Shown here: positions 30,138 to 39,941 of the stretch, one piece after another
How positions within the stretch are numbered: the stretch's first letter is position 1
How the letters are laid out: each line of letters begins with the position of its first letter
DNA from: an uncultured Thermoplasmata archaeon
Lineage (GTDB): Archaea; Thermoplasmatota; Thermoplasmata; Halarchaeoplasmatales; Halarchaeoplasmataceae
NCBI GenBank assembly: GCA_964399335.1
Contig: CAYNQI010000001.1
Span: forward strand, 14,707-78,706
Reading direction: 5' to 3'
Length of the DNA stretch: 64,000 nucleotides
Translations under genes and position numbers: made by a program
The notes under the pieces: model-generated
Seen by the model: the letters and a program-made list of their open reading frames with translations, nothing else
Told to the model about the DNA's origin: nothing
Database searches by the model: none

Positions 30138-33100
30138 ATGGGTTTAAGAGAAAGGGCAAAGAAGGCGCTCGAAGAAGAAGAAAAAACTTCTGAGGAGATC
30201 GAAAAGAAGGAAGAAGGAGTCGAAGAACTACAGAAGGATATCCAAGAGCTCGAGAATAAAAAATCTCAACTCATTGAAGAAATCGATAGATTAGATATCG
30301 AGAAAGAAGACCTTGAATCCAAAAAAGAGGAGTTCGAAAATGTCAAAGCTAAAATTAAAGAGACTGTCAAAAAGAAGAAGGATTTGGAAGAAGGGATTGA
30401 AGAACTTGAACTAGAGTATGAGAAATTAAGGGAAAAACGAGAGGAATTGGAGAGGTTGACTGAAGAGTATGAAACTGTTCAGAAAGAGAAAGAAAGTTTA
30501 GAATCGGAGATCAAAGAACTGAGTGAAAAGAAAGAAAAGATAATAGATGAAAAGGATAGTATCGAAGAAACATACGGTGAACTTGAAAAAGAGATAGCTG
30601 ATCTTAAAAAAAGAAAGGAGGAACTTTTAGAAGGGGAGGAGGAACTAGGTGAGTTATCAGAAAATGTGAAAGAACTGGAAGAAAAGAAAGAAGAGCTTCA
30701 AAAAGAAATCGAAGAACTTGAAAAAGAGAGGGGAGAGATTGCCAAATCCAAAGATGAGCTAGAAAAAGAAGATGAAGAGCTCGAAGAAAAAAGGGAAGAG
30801 TTAAAGAAAAGAGAGCAAGAATTGAACAAAGAAAGAGATGAGTTAAAAGATTTAAAAAACGAGGTCGAGGAAGAAAAAGAAGTTGTTTTAGAAAAAAGGG
30901 AAGATCTCGAAGAAAGAAAAGAAGAATTGGAAGATAAAGAGGGATATTTAGAGGGAAAAGAAAAGGAATTACAGTCAAAAGAGGAAAAGTTAGAAAGAAA
31001 AGAAGAAGACGTTGAGGAAAAGATTTCTGAAATCGACGAAAGGGAGGAAGAGCTAAGAACATTGAAGAAGAGTATCGATGGGAAGAAGGGAGCACTCCAG
31101 AGGTCTAAAAATAAATTGGAGGAGGATAAGAAAGAGTTAGAGGAGAGAGAGAGAAAACTCCAGGAAAAAGAGAAGAAACTTAGAGAAGAACTAAAACAAG
31201 AGTTATTCGAAGAAAAAAGGGAAGAATTGGAGGAACTAGAAGATTCTTTACAAGAGAAAAGGGAGGAGAAAGAAAAGTTAGAAACAGAAATCTCGGACTA
31301 TGAGGAAAGATTAGAAGAGATAGAGGACAAAGAAAATAAGTTAGATGAAAAGGAGACTGGGATAAAAGAAAAAGAAGAAGAATTGAAAGAGCGGACCTCA
31401 CTCTTGGATGAAAGAGAGTTGGCAATAGAAGAGAAAGAAGGGATGATCCAGGAAGCTGAAGAGAAACTAGAAGACATAGAAATTAAGGAGCAGGAGCTTG
31501 AAGAAGAGATAGAGAAACTAGAGGAGAAAGAAAATGTTTTAGATACTAAAGAAGAAAAACTTGATGAACTTGAAGAAAAATTGGATAAAAGAGAAAAGTC
31601 ATTAAGTGAAAGAGAAGATGATACAGCTTCGAAGAGTGAGGAACTTGATGATAAGGAAGAAGAGCTATCTCAGAAAAATGAAGAACTCGAGGCTAAATCT
31701 AAGGAGATAGAAGAGAAGGAACAAGAGTTACAGAAAAGGGAAGAGGAGATAGATCAAAGAAAAGTAGAGTTGGAGAAGCTTGAAGATGATATTAATGAAA
31801 GAAAAGAAGAGATTCAAACTTTAGAGAAGTCATTAGAAGAGAAAGAGGAAGAGTTGGAAAACGTCGAAAAAGAATTGGAAGAGAGACGGAAGAATATATC
31901 TGAATCTGAAAACAAGCTAGATTTAAGAGAAGAACAATTGATAGATTGGGAAGAAGAAGTAGAGGGAAGAGAAGAAGAGCTAGCAGACAAAAGTTCCGAT
32001 TTAGAAGAAAAAGAAAATCAACTCGATCAAAGAAAAGATGAACTTGAAGAACTAAAAGAGGAGTTGGAGGAACGTGAAAAAAGGCTAGAAGACTTGGAAA
32101 GTAATTTAGACGATGTCCAAAAAGAACTTGTAGAGCGTGAAAATCAAATAAAGACTCAAGAAGAAGAACTCGATGAACGAGAAGATAAGATCGAACAACG
32201 GGAGGCGGAACTAGAAGAACTTCAAACCGACCTCAAAGAGAAAGATGAGAAATTAAAGGCCAAGGAAAAAGAACTTCAAGAATGGGATAACAACTTAAAT
32301 GAAAGAGAGCAGGGATTAGATACCAGGGAGGAAGCCATCAATGAAAGAGAAAAAGAGCAAGATGAAAGAGAAGATAATCTTGCTGAGAAAAAGGAAGAAC
32401 TGGGTAAAAAAGAGAATCATCTAATAGAGTGGGAAAGTGAACTTGATACGAGGGAAAACAATCTTAACGAACGTAAATCCAGTCTTGATGATAGAGAAGA
32501 AGAATTGAAAGAGCTAAGCGAAGAACTTGATGAACGAAAAGAAAATATAGAGAAAAAAGAGACGGAACTAGAAGAAAGTGCTCAAGACCTAGATGAGAAA
32601 GAGAAAAAACTCGAAGAGATACAAGATTCTTTAGACCAAAAAGAAGAGGATTTGTCTAAAGAGAAAAAACAATTAAAGGAAGAAAGGGAAGGCCTTCACC
32701 AGTTAAGAGATGAATTGAATAGATGGGAGGACAAGTTAGACGAAAAACAGAAGATTTTAGAAAATGATAGAGATGAGTTCGAAGAAAGGGTGAGTAATAA
32801 AGAGGAGGAATTAAGTGAACGTAGTTCATCACTAGACGAAAAAAGCAAGATATTGTCAGAAAAAGACGACCGTTTGACAAAGTTAGAAAAAGAACTATCC
32901 CAGAAAGAAGGTCGAGTTTCTAAAAAAGAGAAGAATTTAAACGAACTTAAAGAGGACCTTGAAGATAGAGAAGAAAAAATCCTTGAAAAAGAAAAAGGAC
33001 TTGGCAGACTTCAAGAAGAACTAGAAGACTGGAGAGAAGATTTATCCAGTAAAGAACATAGACTTGAAAAAGAAAAAGAAGAAGTTAGTCAAAAAGTCAA

Positions 33101-34175
33101 GGATATACAGGATAAAGAAGCTCGCCTTTGTGAAAGAGAAGGTGTAGTTGAAGAAGAATTAGAGAAGATAGAAAAAGAGAGGGATGATCTATCCGAGATG
33201 TGGACCAATATCGGGGAGAAGCTTGAAGATGTTGAAAATAAAGAGGAAAGATTAGAAAAACAGCGTTCAGAGATTGCGGTACAAAAGAACGAGCTCAAAC
33301 AGAAAGAGAAAAATCTAAACGAAAGGGAAAGTGACATAAAGACAAAGGAAAAAGAACTCGCTGAAAAAGAGGAGGACATAGAAGAAGAGATAGAAGAAGT
33401 AACAAGGGAGATGGAGAAGGCTCGTTCTTGGAGCCAAACAGCTTTAGACAAAGAAAAAGAACTCCAATCCTGGGAAAATGATCTTGAAGAATGGGAGGAT
33501 AAGTTAGAAGAAAGAAGGAACAAGATCCAAGAAGAGAGAGAAGAAATAGAAGAGCTTCTAGAGGAACTACCAGAAAGAGTCGAGGATATTGAAAGGCGAG
33601 AGGAGGAGCTTCGAGGAAAAGAGAATCAATTAGAAGAAGAGAAAGGAAGAATTGAGTCTTTAAAAGAAGAACTCGAAGATAGAGAAAGGGATTTAGAAGA
33701 AGAAAAGAAGCACGTCCAGGATATAAAGGAAAGTGCTATGAACATGATGCAGTATGCCAAATCCAAGAAAGCTAGGGAGGAGAAGAAACGAAGAGAAGAG
33801 ATTCAACATGAGAGAGAAAAACTAGAAAGAGAGAGGAAAAAACTCGAAAAGGAATTGGCCCAGAAAGAAAAGAACCTCGAAAAGAGAGAACAGATGCTTG
33901 ATGATAAGAAAAATGATCTCATGGAAAGAGCCCAAGAGTTGGAAGAAAAGGAAACAGAGCTTCAACAACAGCGGGATCAGATAAAGGAAGAAAAGAAAGA
34001 ACTCACCGAAACTTGGAAAGAACTAGAAGGGGAGTCCAAAAAGATGGAAGAGCTGGAAGAGCGTGAGAAGAACATCGAAGAGCGTGAGAAAGAACTAGAA
34101 GATAAGAAAGAAAAATTAGAAAAGAAGAAAAAGAGGATAGACAAGATGAAAAAGCATCTTGATGATCTATTGTAA
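30138..34175 (+). CDS. Giant (1345 aa) Glu/Lys/Leu-rich coiled-coil protein
   Basis: A 4 kb uninterrupted ORF. A GGAG ribosome-binding site lies 8 nt upstream, 12 nt after the preceding stop. Composition is dominated by Glu, Lys, Leu, Asp and Arg with recurring ELEEKxxELxxKE units. No globular domain or Walker motif is present. Confidence 0.7.
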   Translation: MGLRERAKKALEEEEKTSEEIEKKEEGVEELQKDIQELENKKSQLIEEIDRLDIEKEDLESKKEEFENVKAKIKETVKKKKDLEEGIEELELEYEKLREKREELERLTEEYETVQKEKESLESEIKELSEKKEKIIDEKDSIEETYGELEKEIADLKKRKEELLEGEEELGELSENVKELEEKKEELQKEIEELEKERGEIAKSKDELEKEDEELEEKREELKKREQELNKERDELKDLKNEVEEEKEVVLEKREDLEERKEELEDKEGYLEGKEKELQSKEEKLERKEEDVEEKISEIDEREEELRTLKKSIDGKKGALQRSKNKLEEDKKELEERERKLQEKEKKLREELKQELFEEKREELEELEDSLQEKREEKEKLETEISDYEERLEEIEDKENKLDEKETGIKEKEEELKERTSLLDERELAIEEKEGMIQEAEEKLEDIEIKEQELEEEIEKLEEKENVLDTKEEKLDELEEKLDKREKSLSEREDDTASKSEELDDKEEELSQKNEELEAKSKEIEEKEQELQKREEEIDQRKVELEKLEDDINERKEEIQTLEKSLEEKEEELENVEKELEERRKNISESENKLDLREEQLIDWEEEVEGREEELADKSSDLEEKENQLDQRKDELEELKEELEEREKRLEDLESNLDDVQKELVERENQIKTQEEELDEREDKIEQREAELEELQTDLKEKDEKLKAKEKELQEWDNNLNEREQGLDTREEAINEREKEQDEREDNLAEKKEELGKKENHLIEWESELDTRENNLNERKSSLDDREEELKELSEELDERKENIEKKETELEESAQDLDEKEKKLEEIQDSLDQKEEDLSKEKKQLKEEREGLHQLRDELNRWEDKLDEKQKILENDRDEFEERVSNKEEELSERSSSLDEKSKILSEKDDRLTKLEKELSQKEGRVSKKEKNLNELKEDLEDREEKILEKEKGLGRLQEELEDWREDLSSKEHRLEKEKEEVSQKVKDIQDKEARLCEREGVVEEELEKIEKERDDLSEMWTNIGEKLEDVENKEERLEKQRSEIAVQKNELKQKEKNLNERESDIKTKEKELAEKEEDIEEEIEEVTREMEKARSWSQTALDKEKELQSWENDLEEWEDKLEERRNKIQEEREEIEELLEELPERVEDIERREEELRGKENQLEEEKGRIESLKEELEDRERDLEEEKKHVQDIKESAMNMMQYAKSKKAREEKKRREEIQHEREKLERERKKLEKELAQKEKNLEKREQMLDDKKNDLMERAQELEEKETELQQQRDQIKEEKKELTETWKELEGESKKMEELEEREKNIEEREKELEDKKEKLEKKKKRIDKMKKHLDDLL

Positions 34176-34176
34176 A

Positions 34177-35166
34177 CTATTTTACCCGCTCTATCATATA
34201 ATCTACTAGAGAAATCAGTATATTTTTGTGGTTACTTTCTTGTAAAGATTTTATACTATCCTTTGCACTGTTAGCATACTCCACTGCTAACTCTCTACAA
34301 TATTCGATCGAGTCGTATTTGGTCAGCAGATCTATGGCTTCATCAACTTCTTCTTGAGTACTATCGTTTTCAAGTATCTCAACGAGACGGTTTCTGTCAT
34401 CATCTTCTAAATTTTGAAGGGCATGTATCACCATCAACGTCCTTTTACCGGCTTTGATATCACTACCAACGGGTTTTCCGAGATCATTTTGATTACCCAT
34501 CAAATCTAAATAGTCATCTTGAACCTGGAAAGCGATGCCCATTTTGCGGGCATATTCCCCCAGCATTTCTACCTGTTCCTCGGATGCGTCTGCCACTATA
34601 GCCCCACACCTAGCAGCAGCCTGGAAGAGATAACTAGTCTTCTTTTCGATCATCTCTATGAACTCATCTTCGATGATATCGAAAGTTGTTTCAAATCTCA
34701 TGTCCTCCTCCTGACCTTCTGCAACCTTCAATACCGCTTGAGATATCTCATATAGAACTTGTTTTATTTTCACAGGTTCTACATCCATCTCTGATATCAA
34801 TCTAAAAGAAAGGGCGAAGAGTGCATCTCCGACATTGATAGCAGTGGGTAACCCTTCCTTTTTATGGAGTGTTTGTCTACCTCTTCTTAGATCGTCATCA
34901 TCCATGATATCGTCGTGGATCAAAGTGAAATTATGGATCAATTCGATGGATAAACCAGGTTTTATAGCGTCGTTCTCATCACCATCCAATGCGCCACAAG
35001 ATACCATGGCTAAAAAGGGTCGTAGTTTTTTACCTCCAGCCTGTGGGTACCAAGCCATGTTTTTCCACATGAAATGATCTTTATTTTTGAATATCTTGAC
35101 GATCTCTTCATCTACGATCTTTTTCCTTCTTTGGATCTCAGCCATGAGGTCTGTCATTATCTTCAC
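34177..35166 (-). CDS. idsA: Geranylgeranyl diphosphate synthase / short-chain polyprenyl synthase
   Basis: First DDxxD motif 'LIHDDIMDDDDLRRG' and second 'QVQDDYLD'. Confidence 0.85.
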   Translation of the reverse strand: MKIMTDLMAEIQRRKKIVDEEIVKIFKNKDHFMWKNMAWYPQAGGKKLRPFLAMVSCGALDGDENDAIKPGLSIELIHNFTLIHDDIMDDDDLRRGRQTLHKKEGLPTAINVGDALFALSFRLISEMDVEPVKIKQVLYEISQAVLKVAEGQEEDMRFETTFDIIEDEFIEMIEKKTSYLFQAAARCGAIVADASEEQVEMLGEYARKMGIAFQVQDDYLDLMGNQNDLGKPVGSDIKAGKRTLMVIHALQNLEDDDRNRLVEILENDSTQEEVDEAIDLLTKYDSIEYCRELAVEYANSAKDSIKSLQESNHKNILISLVDYMIERVK

Positions 35167-35209
35167 ATCTAGGTGTAATAATTTGATATATTTAAGTAGA
35201 ACGCTTGAT

Positions 35210-36253
35210 TTATTGGGATAACCAATCTCTTAAATCTTCAGTAACTATCACCCTTCTATCTTTTAGATCATCCACGGTAGAACATCCCTGAAGAAACATA
35301 GAAACTTTCAATCCGTGGATCACGTGTCGTAAATATTTTACGACCTCGTCTTTACCTTCCCTTAAATAAGGTAAAACTCCCCCGGCTATACCAACAACTT
35401 CAGCACCCAATGATAAAGCTTTAGATACCTCTATTCCGTTTCTGATACCTCCAGTAGAGATTATAGGTATGTCTACGGCATTACTGCATTCAAAAGTAGT
35501 TACTGGTGTAGGTATACCCCAGTTCCACAACTCCTTCGCTATAGATCTTTTAAGTTCGTCACTTTCTCTAAAATATTCTACAGCAGAAAAGGATGTTCCT
35601 CCCATGCCTCCAACATCTATGGCTTCAACTCCAGTATTCTGGAGTTTTTCGGCGACATCTGCGGATATGCCAGCACCGGTCTCTTTAGCTATTATTGGTA
35701 CTTCATCAGATAATAGAGAGATGGCTTCCAAAACACCCTTCGAATTTGTATCTCCTTCTGGTTGAACGATTTCCTGGAGATAGTTTAAATGTACAGCTAG
35801 GTAGTCACCATCTATCATTTTTAAAGCTTCTAAAGCTTTGTCAACACCATATGCATCATCTCCTCTCTGAGAGATCAATTGTGGCGCCCCTAAGTTACCG
35901 AACACTAAGGGAGGGTTATGTTCTTTAATAACTTCATAAGAACGTCTCAGACTCTTATCTTCCAAGGCTGCTCTTTGACTGCCAACCCCAAAAGGTATTC
36001 CAAGTTCTTCTGCTGCTTCTGCAAGGATACTATTGATATTTTCAGCACCACTGTAACCTCCAGTTATAGCTGAGATCATTAATGGCGCGGATAAACTTGA
36101 TTTTAAAAATTCAACAGTAGTGTCGATCTCATGAAAATCAATCTCTGGTGTTGAATTATGATAAAATTTTAACATGTTCCAATAATCTTTGCCTGCCTCC
36201 ACATCCTCATCCAAACAAATATCCATATGATCTTCTTTTCTTGATTCTATCAT
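35210..36253 (-). CDS. fni: Isopentenyl-diphosphate delta-isomerase type 2 (FMN-dependent)
   Basis: 'RKEDHMDICL' N-terminus and a glycine-rich FMN-binding TIM barrel. Confidence 0.85.
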   Translation of the reverse strand: MIESRKEDHMDICLDEDVEAGKDYWNMLKFYHNSTPEIDFHEIDTTVEFLKSSLSAPLMISAITGGYSGAENINSILAEAAEELGIPFGVGSQRAALEDKSLRRSYEVIKEHNPPLVFGNLGAPQLISQRGDDAYGVDKALEALKMIDGDYLAVHLNYLQEIVQPEGDTNSKGVLEAISLLSDEVPIIAKETGAGISADVAEKLQNTGVEAIDVGGMGGTSFSAVEYFRESDELKRSIAKELWNWGIPTPVTTFECSNAVDIPIISTGGIRNGIEVSKALSLGAEVVGIAGGVLPYLREGKDEVVKYLRHVIHGLKVSMFLQGCSTVDDLKDRRVIVTEDLRDWLSQ

Positions 36254-37002
36254 CTTTTCACCTCGGTTGAGACCGTATCTTTTCCATTTAGCATCCGTTT
36301 CAATCTATCTTTCTTACTACCGTTGATTACAAATGTCCGACAGTTTTCTGAAATCTCTAGCATTTTTTCAACTTTTCTATTCATCCCGCCAGTCACATCT
36401 ATAGATGTTTCAGTGGTTTTGATGTCCTTTTTTACCAATGGATACATCTCCTCTGTAAATTCGTAAACTAGCTCCCCTTTTTTGTATATACCATCAACAT
36501 TAGAAACAAATATTGCCTTCTCTGCTTTTTCACAAAGACCCAGCATAAGATCGTCACCAGAACATATCGTAACCTTTCTTTTCTCGTCTAATGCAACATC
36601 ACCGAATGTCACCGGAACGGTCCCTATGTCAATATATCGGTGAAAAATATCAGAATTTAAATCCCTCAGTTTGCCATCCGTATATTTTGTAACAATACCA
36701 CCTGGTATAGATACCGCTGGAAGACGCTCATCTATCATCATCTCTATTATTCGATTGTTCAAAACTCTCATATGGTTCTGAACTTTTGAAGTGGCCTCAG
36801 CAACGTTCTTAGGATCCTTTGTGTTGAGTTCAAATTTCTCAGCCCCAGGATGGCCAAAACTACCCCCACCATGCACTACGATAAAGTCATTATCTGTTGA
36901 AGAAGCGATCTCATTAATCAGTCTCGTAGTTCTTCTTCTTTTAAAAGTATAAGGAACATTCTTGTCTGTGATTACACTGCCACCCAACTTAATCAATATC
37001 AA
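36250..37002 (-). CDS. ipk: Isopentenyl phosphate kinase
   Basis: Amino-acid kinase fold 'MILIKLGGSVITDK', ~250 aa. Overlaps fni by 4 nt. Confidence 0.85.
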   Translation of the reverse strand: MILIKLGGSVITDKNVPYTFKRRRTTRLINEIASSTDNDFIVVHGGGSFGHPGAEKFELNTKDPKNVAEATSKVQNHMRVLNNRIIEMMIDERLPAVSIPGGIVTKYTDGKLRDLNSDIFHRYIDIGTVPVTFGDVALDEKRKVTICSGDDLMLGLCEKAEKAIFVSNVDGIYKKGELVYEFTEEMYPLVKKDIKTTETSIDVTGGMNRKVEKMLEISENCRTFVINGSKKDRLKRMLNGKDTVSTEVKR

Positions 37003-37008
37003 GGTCTA

Positions 37009-37167
37009 TCATTCCTTCTTCCTACTGCAAATAGCGAATTCGTCCCCATCAAAAAATACTTCTCTATCTGGATTCTCCCTCTGGATATTATCTATCATAT
37101 CCTCTATATCGGCGAGCGTGATAGATGAATCGTGACGATCTATCTTTTTATGGATCTTTTTATCCAT
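37009..37167 (-). CDS. Small ORF (52 aa) immediately upstream of ipk
   Basis: ATG to TGA. Its stop lies 7 nt before the ipk start. It is below the ORF-track size cutoff. Confidence 0.2.
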   Translation of the reverse strand: MDKKIHKKIDRHDSSITLADIEDMIDNIQRENPDREVFFDGDEFAICSRKKE

Positions 37168-37385
37168 TAAGATTCCTCTAGCTTATTTTAGTAGGAGATT
37201 TAACTACTTATATTTTTTTGGTAAAGAAAAGAAAAAATTCAACATAGATATTTAGTGATAATGCAAATCGTCATACTGATCCTAGCTAGAATAAGTGATA
37301 TTGATTTATTCAACGATACTTTTATATATGGTTAAAACTTTTCTAATAATGTCGGACAAACATATGACATATATGGTGTTAAGGT

Positions 37386-37523
37386 ATGACAGAAAAAGAA
37401 AGTATATGGGATGCAGTCGAGAAATACAAATACGCATTTATGTATTACGTATATTTCGCAACATGTTTGATAGTCGCACTTTGGCTAGCCAAACCTATGG
37501 AGATTCTAGCTTCTCTAATCTAG
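37386..37523 (+). CDS. Small ORF (45 aa) with one transmembrane helix
   Basis: MTEKESIWDAVEKYKYAFMYYVYFATCLIVALWLAKPMEILASLI. Confidence 0.2.
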   Translation: MTEKESIWDAVEKYKYAFMYYVYFATCLIVALWLAKPMEILASLI

Positions 37524-38471
37524 GAGTGACCTAACGGTTAATGCGATCGATTCAGCACTGGTATATTCCGGAGACCAGCCTAAATTTTTTAGCTTTTCAA
37601 TAGATAGACGCATAACTTTTACATCACCTTTCCATCCTCTACCACCATCAACTCCCCCAGTCCAGTTGTATTCTACATCTTCAAGGTTCATTTCATCACA
37701 GACTATATCTGCAATTTCTTTAACGTTGATGTAATCCTCGGAGCCTATGTTATAATACTCAACTCTGTCCTCAGCATAACGGGTTCCGTATACCATACCA
37801 TTTATGCAGTCGGATATGTAAAAATAAGATTTAGTGGTGCCAGGGGGGCTACCTAAGATTTCAAGAGTTTCTGGATCATCTTTCAGTTTATGTACAAAAT
37901 CATAAGTCACACCATGGGTGCTTCTCGGACCGACTACATTGGCGAATCTGAAACAAACAGCCTTCATATCAAACGTATGACAATAAGCCGAGATCATAGC
38001 CTCGCAGGAAAGTTTTGAAGATGCGTAAAGGGAAATTGGTTTCAAAGGCCCCAGATCTTCAGGTGTTGGAATTACATCCGTTTCACCGTATACTGTAGAG
38101 GTTGAGGTGAATACGATTTCGTCAACATCATTCTGTTTCATAGATTCCAAGATGTTGTATGTGGCTATCACGTTTTGTTCTAAATGGACATGAGTGTCAT
38201 CGGCTCCAGCTCTAACATCTGGATTGGCTGCAAGATGGAAAACCATATCACATCTTTCCATCTCCTTATCTAGTCTGTTCTTGTCCAAAACATCAGCGAC
38301 TATAAGTTCGAAATTATCATTTTCTTTTAGATGAGAAACCAATTCCTCTTTTCCTGAAGATAGATTATCGTATCCGACTACATGATTTTCCTCGATCAAC
38401 TTATCACTTAGATGGCTACCTATAAAACCAGCTGCTCCAGTCAATAGTATTTTTCTATTCTTCAATTTCAT
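37515..38471 (-). CDS. NAD-dependent sugar epimerase/dehydratase (UDP-glucose 4-epimerase/UDP-xylose synthase-like)
   Basis: Rossmann motif 'ILLTGAAGFIGSHL' and a YxxxK catalytic motif. Confidence 0.85.
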   Translation of the reverse strand: MKLKNRKILLTGAAGFIGSHLSDKLIEENHVVGYDNLSSGKEELVSHLKENDNFELIVADVLDKNRLDKEMERCDMVFHLAANPDVRAGADDTHVHLEQNVIATYNILESMKQNDVDEIVFTSTSTVYGETDVIPTPEDLGPLKPISLYASSKLSCEAMISAYCHTFDMKAVCFRFANVVGPRSTHGVTYDFVHKLKDDPETLEILGSPPGTTKSYFYISDCINGMVYGTRYAEDRVEYYNIGSEDYINVKEIADIVCDEMNLEDVEYNWTGGVDGGRGWKGDVKVMRLSIEKLKNLGWSPEYTSAESIALTVRSLLD

Positions 38472-39216
38472 CTATTTCACCTTTTTTAGACCTCTTATTT
38501 TTAGAATTATTCATATGATTTTTTGAGATGTAATATATTAAAGCAAATATGATCCCAACTATAACTAAAGCACCGATGCCTTGGAATAAACTTGTTTGAA
38601 AAGCCTCGAGTATGGCATCACTCAAGTACAAAGAAACTACAGCGATAAAAGTGCATCCTATAAAAGATCCCAATATAATGGCTAACCATGCCTTGAACTT
38701 ATCTAAACCGATTACCTTCCCTATTATAGATGCACCTACTCCTCCACTCCCCTGGAAAGGGAACATAACAAATAGAGCTACACCGATGAAAGCCACTTTT
38801 GAGATCCATTGTTTTTCTTTCATCTTTTTGGCCCCGAACTTTTCGAACTTTTTTATCCAAGTTCCGATAAGGGGTATTTTCTCCGCGATGTAAAAATTCC
38901 ATAAAAGGAAATACGATGTGACTATATCTACAAAAGCTATAGATCCAGCAACAAGAACTATGATCGTAGCAGGTGTGAGGATACCTTTAGCATTTATAGC
39001 ACCTACTGTTAAAGGTATAACACTCTCTTTCCCAGCAGGGGGGAAAAAGTAACCGAACATCCCTCCTCCGGTTATCCAATAAATGCTTTTATTATGTATG
39101 ATAAGGTATAGTAAAATTAGGTATAGAGACGCGATAAGAAACGGTAGAAAAAATATTACAATTTTACCAGGTAGTGTGGTAAAGAATCCGTTCAATTCCT
39201 TATCTTCTTCCATCAA
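38455..39216 (-). CDS. Membrane protein, putative small multidrug-export-like (COG2426)
   Basis: Six or seven transmembrane helices and a Lys-rich C-terminus. Confidence 0.45.
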   Translation of the reverse strand: MMEEDKELNGFFTTLPGKIVIFFLPFLIASLYLILLYLIIHNKSIYWITGGGMFGYFFPPAGKESVIPLTVGAINAKGILTPATIIVLVAGSIAFVDIVTSYFLLWNFYIAEKIPLIGTWIKKFEKFGAKKMKEKQWISKVAFIGVALFVMFPFQGSGGVGASIIGKVIGLDKFKAWLAIILGSFIGCTFIAVVSLYLSDAILEAFQTSLFQGIGALVIVGIIFALIYYISKNHMNNSKNKRSKKGEIDEIEE

Positions 39217-39252
39217 AAATGGAGTAGATATAGATATTTAAGAACTTTGGGT

Positions 39253-39378
39253 TTAAATCCTTGATTTTTTACCAAAAATGACCTTTTTTCCACAGAAAGG
39301 ACAATCTTTTGATTCGGTGTCCTTTTCTATTTTAAAATGTGTCCCACATTTAGGACATACTGCATCCAATTCCGCCAT
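39253..39378 (-). CDS. Small zinc-ribbon protein (41 aa)
   Basis: MAELDAVCPKCGTHFKIEKDTESKDCPFCGKKVIFGKKSRI, with two CPxCG knuckles. It is absent from the ORF track because it is under 60 aa. Confidence 0.4.
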   Translation of the reverse strand: MAELDAVCPKCGTHFKIEKDTESKDCPFCGKKVIFGKKSRI

Positions 39379-39430
39379 GATATGCTGATGTAGATAGTCG
39401 ATAAAAAGTTTACCTGTCAGCTAACTCATC

Positions 39431-39922
39431 TCACTCGAGTAAGGTGATATTCTTTTTACCTATTTTTTTAACGACCCGATCGGCTATACTGGAATCGATG
39501 ATCTTCTCAAGTTTGCCTTTGATGGACTTATGGATTATAACATGGATAATATTCATCCGCTCAAATTCGTCGATTATCTCTTTAGATATGTCGTCAGTGG
39601 TCCTTAAATAGACACCGTAAGGTATCTCGAATTCGTCCATAACATCTATTATATCTGAAGCCATTTCATCTGCCATCTGTTTCTTGGTCTGTTGTACTTC
39701 GTTATCTATCTTTTCTTTCTCTTCATGGCCCAAATAAGCATCTACTATTTCCCTTTCAGGTCTCTCTTTGATTATCTTGAGGATTGCGATCTTTTCTGGA
39801 TGTAATTTTTTTATGATTATTTTGATCTTTTCAAGTGATCTTTTGGAATATTTGTGTCCATAGCTGGCTATGAGAAGCGTTTCAGGTTTTTGTTTCCGTT
39901 CTTCTTTTTTTATTTCGTCCAT
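39431..39922 (-). CDS. Universal-stress-protein-like (degenerate UspA fold)
   Basis: Length and alternating hydrophobic pattern fit the family, but the ATP-binding motifs are poor. Confidence 0.35.
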   Translation of the reverse strand: MDEIKKEERKQKPETLLIASYGHKYSKRSLEKIKIIIKKLHPEKIAILKIIKERPEREIVDAYLGHEEKEKIDNEVQQTKKQMADEMASDIIDVMDEFEIPYGVYLRTTDDISKEIIDEFERMNIIHVIIHKSIKGKLEKIIDSSIADRVVKKIGKKNITLLE

Positions 39923-39941
39923 AAATTTCCACCTTTATTTA

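Noticed and set aside
30604-33523. Several antisense ORFs (30604..31095, 31180..31425, 32656..32880, 33089..33523) inside the giant coiled-coil gene
   Set aside because: Same artefact. Leu/Phe/Ser-rich frames are generated by the purine-rich sense strand.
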